64,000 nucleotides of DNA, taken from assembly GCA_963845755.1 (NCBI GenBank), contig CAWJTV010000011.1:704001-768000 (forward strand), read 5' to 3'. The position numbers were made by a program, and so were the translations under genes. The notes beneath the pieces were generated by a model that was not told the DNA's origin, did not search any database, and saw only the letters and a list, made by a program, of their open reading frames with translations. This document shows, one piece after another, positions 52,261 through 64,000 of the stretch (its first letter is position 1; each line of letters starts with the position of its first letter). This DNA comes from an uncultured Planctomycetota bacterium (GTDB lineage: Bacteria; Planctomycetota; Planctomycetia; Isosphaerales; Isosphaeraceae).

Positions 52261-54321
52261 ATGTTGACCCCCAAGTGGAGATTCATCGCCCTGGCCCGGG
52301 TGTTCCTTGGCGTCGTCGCGACGAGCGCGAGTTATCTGGCTCCCGCCCTTGCCGTGGACGATGACGCCAACCCGAAGCCGGCTCCCGGGCCGGATGTTCG
52401 TCGTCGGCCGCGTGCTCGACGCGAACGGCAAACCGGTGCCCGGCGCCACGGTCGCGGTCTATGCGCAGCACCTCGCGTGCGGGCCTGGTCCCCGCCTTTT
52501 TTTGTCGATAAGGGGCCAGGTTTCGATCGGCGAACGTCCGCGCCGACGATCTGGGCCGGTTCCGGATCGATGCACCTCGTACGTCATCGTCGCATCATGA
52601 GGCGTTCGGCGCCATCGCCCTGGCGCCCGGTCACGGTATCGGCTGGGTCGACCTCGATCCCGACGACGATCAGCCCACTGCCGACATCACACTCCGGCCA
52701 GAGCACGTGATCCATGGGCGGCTCTTCGACCTGCAAGGCCAGCCTGTCTCGAATGTCACGCTCGCGGTCGCGATCGATCCGTCGATCCAAGTCCACCGGA
52801 TCCGGCCGCGGTCCCGGAGACCGCTCGAGGGTGTTCGTCTATTCGTATACCAAAATCAATGATCTTCCGGCCTGGCCCCGGCCGGTGATGAGCGACTCCG
52901 AGGGCCGCTTCACCCTGCGCGGCCTGGGCCGGGGCCTGGATGCGCTCCTCACCGTCCATCACCCACGATTCGCCCTCCAGAGAATTGAGATCGAGCCGGA
53001 TGACCACTTCGAAATCGAAGCCGAGTGACGGCGGCGCTGATGCCGGCTCAGATCCTGACCGGACGCGTGACCTATGCCGACACGGGCGAGGGAGTTCCTC
53101 ATGCCCCGCTTGAGGTGATGGCCAGTCACGGGAGAGCCGTCATCCCCTCCGCATTCGAGACCGACGACCAGGGCCGGTTCCGCGTGGATCCTCCGCCGGC
53201 AGACCGCGTCTTCGGCGTCCTGGCCCATCCCCCGAGAGGACAGCCCTATCTCATCGCCCGGGGACGTGTCGATTGGCCCAAGGGCGCGCTCGAGCAATCC
53301 CTGGACCTCGCCTTGCCGCGTGGCGTCTTGATCCACGGCACGGTCACTGAGGAGGGCTCCGGCAAGCCCGTCGCGGGCGCGACCGTCGACTTCGGCGCAT
53401 GGGCGGCGGAGCTTGGCGGAAAGCGGAAGCATCATCCTCGATACCGCAGCCGATGGCTCATTTCAACTCGGAGCGATGCTCGGCCCGGGTTGCCTCTTCA
53501 TCCAGGGGCCCAGCGACGATTACGTGTTCCAGTCCATCGACACTCAGATGGTTAATGCAGGCCGGCCCGGCGGCGGCCGGCTCTACTCGCACGCCCATCA
53601 GTTGCTCGACCTGAAACCCGGTGTCGCCAGTCAGGAAGTCCACGTCGTGCTTCGCCGCGGCGCGACGGTGACCGGCCAGGTCGTCGGTCCCGATGGCCAG
53701 CCCGTCCGGGAGGCCTGGATCTTCAGCCGGGTCGTTCTCGATCCGAGACAAGTTCCGTGGCAGCGCTGGGCGGCTCGCCACCACGGCAAGGTGCACAACG
53801 GTCGTTTCGAAATCCACGGGCTCGACCGCGATACCGAGGTCCCCGTCTACTTCCTGGAACCGAATCGCAAGCTGGGCGGCACGGTGAATCTCTCGGGTAA
53901 GTCCGCGACCGGCGAGCCGGCCACCGTCCGCCTCAAGCCCTGCGGCGCGGCCAAGGCGCGAGTCGTCGGCCCCGTCGGCAAGCCGGTTGCGGGGCGGCTC
54001 CCGGGCACGATCATCACCATGGTCGTCACCCCCGGCCCACCCTCCTACGGTTTCCCGTCAGAACAGGCCAGCCTTCTCTCCGCCGACGAGGCCGCCCTGA
54101 ACCAGGTGGATACGGTCAACTACCCGGCCGAGGTCACGACTGATGCCGACGGCCGCATCACGCTCCCGGTCCTGATCCCCGGCGCGACGTATCGATTCAT
54201 CGACTACACCATGGCCGTCCGCGGCCAGACCGGCCCGACGGTCCGCAAGGAGTTCACCGTCAAGCCCGGCGAGACGCTCGATCTGGGCGACGTGCGGATC
54301 GAGAAGCCCCAATCGCCATGA
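52261..54321 (+). pseudogene. sigma-less copy of the ECF ectodomain (copy A), with several frameshifts
   Basis: Starts at the hydrophobic segment; MFVVGRVLD, PAWPRP, WPKGA, QGPSDDY and EFTVKPGETLDLGD. Confidence 0.75.
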
Positions 54322-54372
54322 ATTCTTCGAACCGTCTCGCCGAACCGCACGTCGTGACCTCGGTCGTGAGAC

Positions 54373-54479
54373 CGTAGTTCGGACGGGGACCTCCAACCTC
54401 GCACGTCAGTGCGATTCACCCAGCCCCTCAGATCGGGCTGACGCCCGAGGCTGGTGGGCTGCGCCCCGTCCGAACCACG
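54373..54479. repeat. REP-like inverted repeat starting with CGTAG
   Basis: cgtagttcggacgggg ... ccccgtccgaaccacg. Confidence 0.7.
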
Positions 54480-54527
54480 CACTCACCTGCCTGGTCGCGG
54501 GCAGGAGCCTCTACCAAGAACACAACT

Positions 54528-54559
54528 CGGGATAAAATATCGGACACCGGGGCAGTATC
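54528..54559 (+). promoter_or_regulatory. putative ECF promoter CGGGATAAA-N16-CAGTATC (copy B)
   Basis: Same boxes and spacing at 57536 and 61639. Confidence 0.7.
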
Positions 54560-54605
54560 CGCCAAGGGATGAGTTCTAACGAGGTTCCGGCAAGGGCCCA
54601 CGAGC

Positions 54606-57476
54606 ATGGCACATGCGGCATCCGGCTTCGTCGTCCGGCAAATCGGCTCGCTCTTCGATGGGGGTTCGGTCGCCGGATGGTCCGACCGGCAGCTCCTTGA
54701 TCGGTTCCTCTCGCGCCGCGATGCCGTCGCCGAGACCGCCTTCGCCGCGCTCGTGGCCCGGCACGGGCCGATGGTCCTGCACGTCTGCCGGCAGCTCCTG
54801 GGCGATCACCAGCATGCCGAGGACGCCTTCCAGGCCGTCTTCCTCGTGCTGGCCCGCCGGGCGCGGTCGGTTCGCGATCCCGATCGGCTGAGCAACTGGC
54901 TCTACGGTGTCGCGCTCCGAACCGCCCGCAAGGCCAGCGTCCGGCTCGCCCGCCGGCGCAAGAACGAGAGCGATCACGCCAGGAACGGCCCAGCTCCGGG
55001 ATCGGACCTTCCGGCCGATCAGTCGGTGATCGCTCGCGAGCAGGCCGAGATCCTGCACGACGAGATCGAGGGCTTACCAAAAGCCTTCCGCCTGCCGGTG
55101 GTGCTCTGCTACTTCGAGGGGCTCACGCTCGACGAGGCGGCGCAACGGCTGAGCTGGCCCGCGGGCACACTCCGCAGCCGACTCGCCCGGGCTCGCGACA
55201 AGCTCCGCCGCAGCCTCACCCGGCGCGGCATCGTCTTGCCCGCCGCCGCCCTGGCCGCGGTTCTCGACCCCAGGAGCGCCTCGGCCTCCGTCTCATCCCC
55301 CCTATGCGACATCACCTCCCGCGCTGCCATGAACTTCGCGGCCGGACAGGCCGCCGCGCCCGCCGCGACGGCCCTGGCCCAGGAGGTGCTGAGATCCATG
55401 CTGTTTCACAAGCTGAAGCTCACCGTGCTGACCTTGCTGTTCCTCGGCGCCGTCGCCAGCGGCGCGGGGTATTTGACTCGTGCCCTGGCGACGCGGGACG
55501 AGCCCAAGGCGCCGCAGCCGCGGATTGCGACGAAGCTCGATGAGGCTGCCCAGCGTCCGGCCGCGGGCCGGATGTTCGTAACCGGCCGCGTGCTCGACCC
55601 GACGGGAAAGCCGATGTCGAATGCGACCGTGATGGTCTACACGGCGCTCAAGCAGCCGGGGCGAGGCGATGCGTTCGATCAGAGGAGACCGTCGGCGATC
55701 GGCCGGGCGCGCAGCGACGGCTCGGGCCGGTTCCGGGTCAACGCGATTCGCACCACATCCGCCCGGCATCACCTTGCCGGCGCCGCCGCGCTGGCTCCCG
55801 GCTACGGCGCCGGCTGGATCGAGATCGACCCCGACGCCGACGCGCCGACCGGCGAGATCGTGCTCCGCCCCGAGCAGCTCATCGAGGGACGGCTGTTCGA
55901 TCTGAATGGCCAGCCGGTCCGTGGTGTTGAGGTGACGGTCTTGGGAATGGGCCGCGTGATCCTGATGAATCCGGGGACGACCACCGTTCGCGAATCCCTG
56001 GAGGGTCCTTTCTTTTCGCCGTATCACCCCAACGACCTGCCGGCCTGGCCCAGGCCGGCATTCAGCGACTCGGACGGCCGATTCACCGTGCGTGGGGTCG
56101 GCCGGGACGTTCGGGCGTTCCTCCTGATCCATGATCCACGGTTCGCCCAGCAGAGGGTTTCGATCGATACCGGCGGCACGTCGCGGTCGAAGTCGGTGAC
56201 GGCGGCCCTGGAGCCGGCCCGGACCATCGCGGGACAGGTCACCGATGCCGAGACCGGCCAGCCGATCCCCCATGTCCGGTTCGTGGTCTTGGCTTACAAG
56301 CACGGCGCCGGCATCGTCAACCTCTTCGAAGCCGACGACCAGGGCCGCTTCCGCATGAATCCACTGTCGGCCGACCGCTACAGCATCACCGCGTCAACCA
56401 CATCGGGCCCGCCTTATCTGAGAGCCTCGATCCGACCCTTCGACTGGCCCAAAGGGGCCATCGAGCACCGGATCGACCTTCTCTTGCGCCGGGGTGTGGT
56501 GATCCGGGGCAAGGTGATCGAGGAAGGCACGGACCGGCCCGTCGCCGGGGCGCGGGTCAGCTTCGGGGCGCGCCGGACGAACGACGAGGCGACCGCTGGC
56601 GGGAACGGCGCCGCGGAAACGGCGCCGGACGGCTCGTTCCAGCTCGCGGTACTGCCCACCCCCGGCTACCTGATCGTCCTGGGCCCGAGCGAGGATTACG
56701 TGTACCAGGAGATTGGCCAGCGGATGGTCCGCGAAGGTGAATCGGGCGGCCGGAGGGTCTACGCCCACGCCTTCATCCCCCACGACCCGAAGCTCGGCGG
56801 CGCGGGCTCGGAGGTCCGCGTGCCCCTTCGCCGGGGCATGACCGTGAAGGGTCGTACCATCGGACCGGATGACCGGCCAATCCCGGCAGCCGCGATGATC
56901 AGCCAGGTGTTCCTGCCGCCGTCGCCCAGCGTCTGGCTGTCCTGGCGCTCTGGCTACGCGGGCCAGGTGCGCGACGGCCGGTTCGAAATCCATGGCCTCG
57001 ATCCGCACGCCGAAATGCCCGTCCACTTCCTCGAGCCGAAAAGCAAGCTGGGTGCGACGGTCCACTTCTCGAGCAAATCGGCGAACGGCGAGCCTGTCAC
57101 TGTCCGGCTCGAGCCGTGCGGCACGGCCAAGGCGCGGCTGATCGACCGCAGTGGGAAACCGGTCGCGGGATTTCGCGGCGCGTCCCTGATCGCGATCATC
57201 GTCACACCCGGCGCCTCCCTCGGTGCGCCAGACCAGCGCGGGCAGCTCGCCGCCGATGAAGGCGGCCTGTTGGGGATCGACCCGATCAACTACGCCCCGG
57301 GTCCCGTGTCCGACGCCGAGGGTCGCATCGCGCTGCCCGCCCTTATCCCCGGGGCGACCTATAGCGTCCGCACGTCTTCCCGAGGCGCCCGGCCCTCGTT
57401 CCGCAAGGACTTCACCGTCAAGCCCGGCGAGACTCTCGACCTGGGCGACATCCGGATCGAGAAGCCGGAGCGATGA
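54606..57476 (+). CDS. ECF sigma-70 factor with a TM helix and long carboxypeptidase-regulatory-like C-terminal extension (copy B, intact)
   Basis: SDRQLLDRF, RHGPMVL.VCR, AEDAFQAVFLVL, WLYGVA and VLCYFEGLT...GTLRSRLARAR. Confidence 0.93.
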   Translation: MAHAASGFVVRQIGSLFDGGSVAGWSDRQLLDRFLSRRDAVAETAFAALVARHGPMVLHVCRQLLGDHQHAEDAFQAVFLVLARRARSVRDPDRLSNWLYGVALRTARKASVRLARRRKNESDHARNGPAPGSDLPADQSVIAREQAEILHDEIEGLPKAFRLPVVLCYFEGLTLDEAAQRLSWPAGTLRSRLARARDKLRRSLTRRGIVLPAAALAAVLDPRSASASVSSPLCDITSRAAMNFAAGQAAAPAATALAQEVLRSMLFHKLKLTVLTLLFLGAVASGAGYLTRALATRDEPKAPQPRIATKLDEAAQRPAAGRMFVTGRVLDPTGKPMSNATVMVYTALKQPGRGDAFDQRRPSAIGRARSDGSGRFRVNAIRTTSARHHLAGAAALAPGYGAGWIEIDPDADAPTGEIVLRPEQLIEGRLFDLNGQPVRGVEVTVLGMGRVILMNPGTTTVRESLEGPFFSPYHPNDLPAWPRPAFSDSDGRFTVRGVGRDVRAFLLIHDPRFAQQRVSIDTGGTSRSKSVTAALEPARTIAGQVTDAETGQPIPHVRFVVLAYKHGAGIVNLFEADDQGRFRMNPLSADRYSITASTTSGPPYLRASIRPFDWPKGAIEHRIDLLLRRGVVIRGKVIEEGTDRPVAGARVSFGARRTNDEATAGGNGAAETAPDGSFQLAVLPTPGYLIVLGPSEDYVYQEIGQRMVREGESGGRRVYAHAFIPHDPKLGGAGSEVRVPLRRGMTVKGRTIGPDDRPIPAAAMISQVFLPPSPSVWLSWRSGYAGQVRDGRFEIHGLDPHAEMPVHFLEPKSKLGATVHFSSKSANGEPVTVRLEPCGTAKARLIDRSGKPVAGFRGASLIAIIVTPGASLGAPDQRGQLAADEGGLLGIDPINYAPGPVSDAEGRIALPALIPGATYSVRTSSRGARPSFRKDFTVKPGETLDLGDIRIEKPER

Positions 57477-57535
57477 CCGATGCGACGATCCCATCTGGGT
57501 TTCCATCGCGGATTCGCCGATAATCGAACACGACC

Positions 57536-57567
57536 CGGGATAAACGGAACCTCGGCACCACAGTATC
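57536..57567 (+). promoter_or_regulatory. putative ECF promoter CGGGATAAA-N16-CAGTATC (copy C)
   Basis: Boxes conserved while the 16-nt spacer sequence differs from copies B and D. Confidence 0.7.
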
Positions 57568-57595
57568 TCGCGAGGGGATGAGAAACGATCGGACT

Positions 57596-57864
57596 GATTC
57601 ACCACAGAGTCACAGAGAACGCAGAGAAAAACGTCGGCTGCATCCTGGTCTCGTCGGCGCCTGGGAATCGCCTCCTGCCGGAGGATCGGACCGAAGACCA
57701 GGATTGGCGAGTCATTCTGTCTTCTCGATGCTCTCTGTACTACTAATCTTGGAAATCTTGTACGGCGAGCAAGAGTTCCTAATGGATCAAAGAGCAAGGG
57801 GTTACATCAATGAAATACATCGAAAAATGTTTATCTGTGCTCTCTGTGTGCTCTGTGGTGAATC
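57596..57864. repeat. CACCACAGAG-type inverted-repeat element in the leader of copy C
   Basis: gattcaccacagag ... ctctgtggtgaatc, a perfect 14-bp IR around a lower-GC interior. Confidence 0.8.
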
Positions 57865-57959
57865 TCTTCTGATTGATTGGTTGGTTGCGGCTCGGCCGCG
57901 CTGTGTCTCTGTTGTGAGTCATCCGGGTCTTCGACGTTTCGCCGAGAGAGTCTGCGTTC

Positions 57960-61181
<3,222 letters not shown>

Positions 61182-61182
<1 letters not shown>

Positions 61183-61556
61183 TGCGTTTCAAGACCGACG
61201 AGAATCTGCCGGTGAAGGTGGCCGAGTTGCTGCGTCAGTACCAGCACGATGCCCTCAGCGTGCAGGACCAGCAGATGGCCGGCCAGGGCGATCCCCAGGT
61301 CGCGAGCGTCTGTCAGGCGGAAGGCCGCGCCCTCGTGACGTGCGACCTTGACTTCTCCGACATTCGGGCCGACCCGCCGGAGGATTATCACGGGATCATC
61401 GTCTTGCGTCCGGCGGTCCAGAGCGACTCGTCCTTGCTACGGTTGGTGAACCGCGCTATACCTTTGATCGATGTGGAACGCCTGGATGGGTGCATCTGGG
61501 TCGTCAACGACCATCGCGTCCGGATCCGGGGGACAGGGTCGCCGGGCACTCCCTGA
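61182..61556 (+). CDS. DUF5615 / Mut7-C-like PIN-like toxin
   Basis: MRFKTDENLP, EGRALVTCDLDF and HGIIVLR; TGATG coupling with the DUF433 gene. Confidence 0.88.
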
Positions 61557-61638
61557 GCGTCCGCCGGTGTTTTCGGAATGAGCTGGGACAAGACGACCGG
61601 CACTGCCGGACTGAGAATCTCCGAGAATCGTAACCACC

Positions 61639-61670
61639 CGGGATAAAATGTCGGACACCGGGGCAGTATC
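61639..61670 (+). promoter_or_regulatory. putative ECF promoter CGGGATAAA-N16-CAGTATC (copy D)
   Basis: The 78-bp leader is nearly identical to that of copy B. Confidence 0.7.
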
Positions 61671-61716
61671 CGCCAAGGGATGAGTTCTAACGAGGTTCCG
61701 GCAAGGGCCCACGAGC

Positions 61717-64000
61717 ATGGCGCATGCGGCATCCGGCTTCGTCGTCCGGCAAATCGGCTCGCTCTTCGACGGCGGTTCCGTCGCGGGCTTGTCCGACCGG
61801 CAGCTCCTCGACCGGTTCATCGCGCGCCGCGATGCCGCCGCCGAGTCCGCCTTCGCCGCACTCGTGGCCCGGCACGGGCCGATGGTCCTGCACGTCTGCC
61901 GGCAGCTCCTGGGCGATCACCAGCATGCCGAGGACGCCTTCCAGGCCGTCTTCCTCGTGCTGGCCCGCCGGGCGCACACGGTTCGCGATCCCGATCGGCT
62001 GAGCAACTGGCTGTATGGGGTGGCGCTCCGAACCGCTCGCAAGGCCAGGGTCCGGCTCGCCCGCCGGCGCAAGAACGAGAGCGATCACGCCAGGAGCGGC
62101 CCGGACCCGGGATCGGGCCTCCCGGCCGATCAGTCGGCGATGGCTCGCGAGCAGGCCGAGATCCTCCACGACGAGATCGATCGACTCCCCAAGTCGTTCC
62201 GCCTGCCCGTGGTGCTCTGCTACTTCGAAGGGCTCGCGCTCGACGAGGCGGCGCAACGGCTGCGCTGGCCCGAGGGCACGTTCCGCAGTCGACTCGCCCG
62301 GGCGCGCGACAAGCTCCGACGCGGCCTCACCCGCCGCGGCGTCGTCTTGCCCGCCGCCGCACTCGCCGCGGTTCTCGAAGCTCGGCCCGCCTCAGCCTCC
62401 GTCCCATCCCCCCTGCGTGACATGACGACCCGGGCCGCGATCACGTTCGCGGCCGGAGATGCCGTCGCACCCGCCGCGACAGCCCTGGCCCGGGAGGTGC
62501 TCAGATCCATGCTGATCCACAAGCTGAAGCTCACCGTGCTGGCCCTGATCTTCCTCGGCGCCGTCGCCGGCGGCGCGGGCTTCGTCGGCCGGGCATCGGG
62601 ACGTCAGGCTGGAAAGCCTGATCTACGGGAACGTCAGGCTGGAAAGCCTGACCTACGGGAACGTCAGGCTGGAGAGCCTGACCTACGGCCGGCGCCCGGC
62701 CGGATGTTCGTCGCCGGCCGCGTGCTCGACGCGAACGGAAAGCCGGTGCCCGGTGCCACCGTCGCGGCCTATGCGATGAACCTGGCAGCCGGACAGACCC
62801 CCTACCGGAGGGCCCAGATCCCGATCGGGGATGCTCGCGCCGACGCCTCGGGCCGATTCCGAATCGATGCGCCGCGGATATCCTCGTCGCGGTATGATGT
62901 CTTCGGCGCCATTGCCCTGGCGCCCGGCCACGGCGCCGGCTGGGTCGTGCTCGATCTCGACGATGAGCAGCCCACCGGCGACATCACGCTCCCACCGGAG
63001 CAAATCATCCACGGGCGACTGTTCGACCTGCAAGGCCGGCCCGTCCCGGACGTCACGCTCGCGACGGCGAATCTCCACCGTCTCCTCCCGCCGGCCCCGG
63101 CCGGGGCTCGCGGGCGATTCGGGCGATTCGATGGCATCATGTATGGGTATACCCATATCAATGATTTTCCCGCCTGGCCCAAACCGATGATCACTGACGC
63201 CGAGGGCCGCTTCACCCTGCGCGGGCTGGGCCGCGGCTTTGGTTCGACCCTCACCGTCCATCACCCGCGGTTCGCCCTCCAGCGCGTCGAGGTCGAGGCG
63301 GATGGCACGTCGGAATCGAAGGCGATGACCGCGGCGCTGATGCCGGCCCAGATCGTCACCGGGCGCGTGACCTATGCCGACACCGGCGCGGGCGTGCCTC
63401 ATGCCCCGCTCGAGGTGTTGCCCAGACTTGGGAGACCGCGTCACCCTCTCCGAATTCAAGACCGACGACTCGGGCCGGTTCCGCGTGAATCCCCCGCCCG
63501 CGGACCGCACCGTCACCATCATCGCCTTTGCCCCTGAGGGACAGCCCTACCTCACCGCCACCGTGAGCATCGAGTGGCCCAAGGGCGCGCTCGAGCAATC
63601 TCTCGACCTCGCCCTCCCGCGCGGCGTCCTGATCCACGGCACGGTCACCGAGGAGGGCTCCGGCAAGCCCGTCCCGGGGGCGACCATCGCGTTCCTCGAG
63701 CGGGGGCGGCGGGGCTCCCGGCTCGGCGGGAATGTCTACATCGAGACCGCGGCCGACGGCTCATTTCGATTCGGGGTCAAGCCCAGCCCCGGCTGCCTCT
63801 TCATCGCGGGCCCCGCCGACGATTACGTGTCCCAGGCCATCGGCTCCCGGATGGTCCACGAAGGCCAGCCGGGCGGCGAACGGATGTACGCGCACGCCTA
63901 CCGCTTGCTCGACCTGAAGCCGGGCATCGACAGCCAGGAAGTCCCCGTCGTGCTCCGCCGCGGCGCGACGGTGACCGGCCAGGTCGTCGGACCCGATGGA
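61717..64000 (+). CDS. ECF sigma factor with C-terminal extension (copy D); frameshift near 63430; runs off the window
   Basis: Sigma part nearly identical to copy B; ectodomain closer to copies A and C. Confidence 0.88.
62601..62690 (+). repeat. three 30-bp palindromic REP-like units in frame within copy D (RQAGKPDLRE)
   Basis: acgtcaggctggaaagcctgacctacggga x3; hairpin tcaggct-ggaa-agcctga. Confidence 0.9.

Noticed and set aside
62601..62690. CRISPR-like 30-bp palindromic repeats
   Set aside because: The units are directly adjacent with no spacers, lie in frame in a CDS, and no cas genes are seen.

Overview
High-GC bacterial window that looks like Planctomycetota (Isosphaeraceae-like). 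The evidence is planctomycete-type cytochrome c/DUF1552 genes, an ECF sigma plus Ser/Thr kinase pair, ECF sigmas with long C-terminal extensions and LExRxLL-leader surface proteins. Left part: TolC, RmlC-like epimerase, argH, VapBC, lysA, a HEAT/receiver-like protein, a sigma-54 activator and an orphan DNA methyltransferase. Middle: accessory DNA with an ISAzo13-family element sitting in the catalytic motif of a hydrolase, a decayed HD-CE/HSP90-like ATPase gene, large secreted proteins, and a nested REP/MITE/IS200-type tnpA structure. Right part: a signalling cluster with BlaI plus an M56 sensor, an ECF-STK pair and a tandem array of four paralogous extracytoplasmic modules, three fused to ECF sigma domains and one sigma-less. 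The array is the most interesting signal. It shows mosaic (recombinant) copies, conserved frameworks with variable loops, a shared bipartite promoter-like motif, a conserved internal Shine-Dalgarno plus ATG, and REP-like palindromes inside coding linkers. The same ectodomain is also fused to the M56 sensor. Many genes, including lysA, have single-base frameshifts, so many apparent pseudogenes are probably sequencing or assembly errors. No rRNA, tRNA or CRISPR array was recognised. All calls are from reading the sequence by eye, with no database searches.
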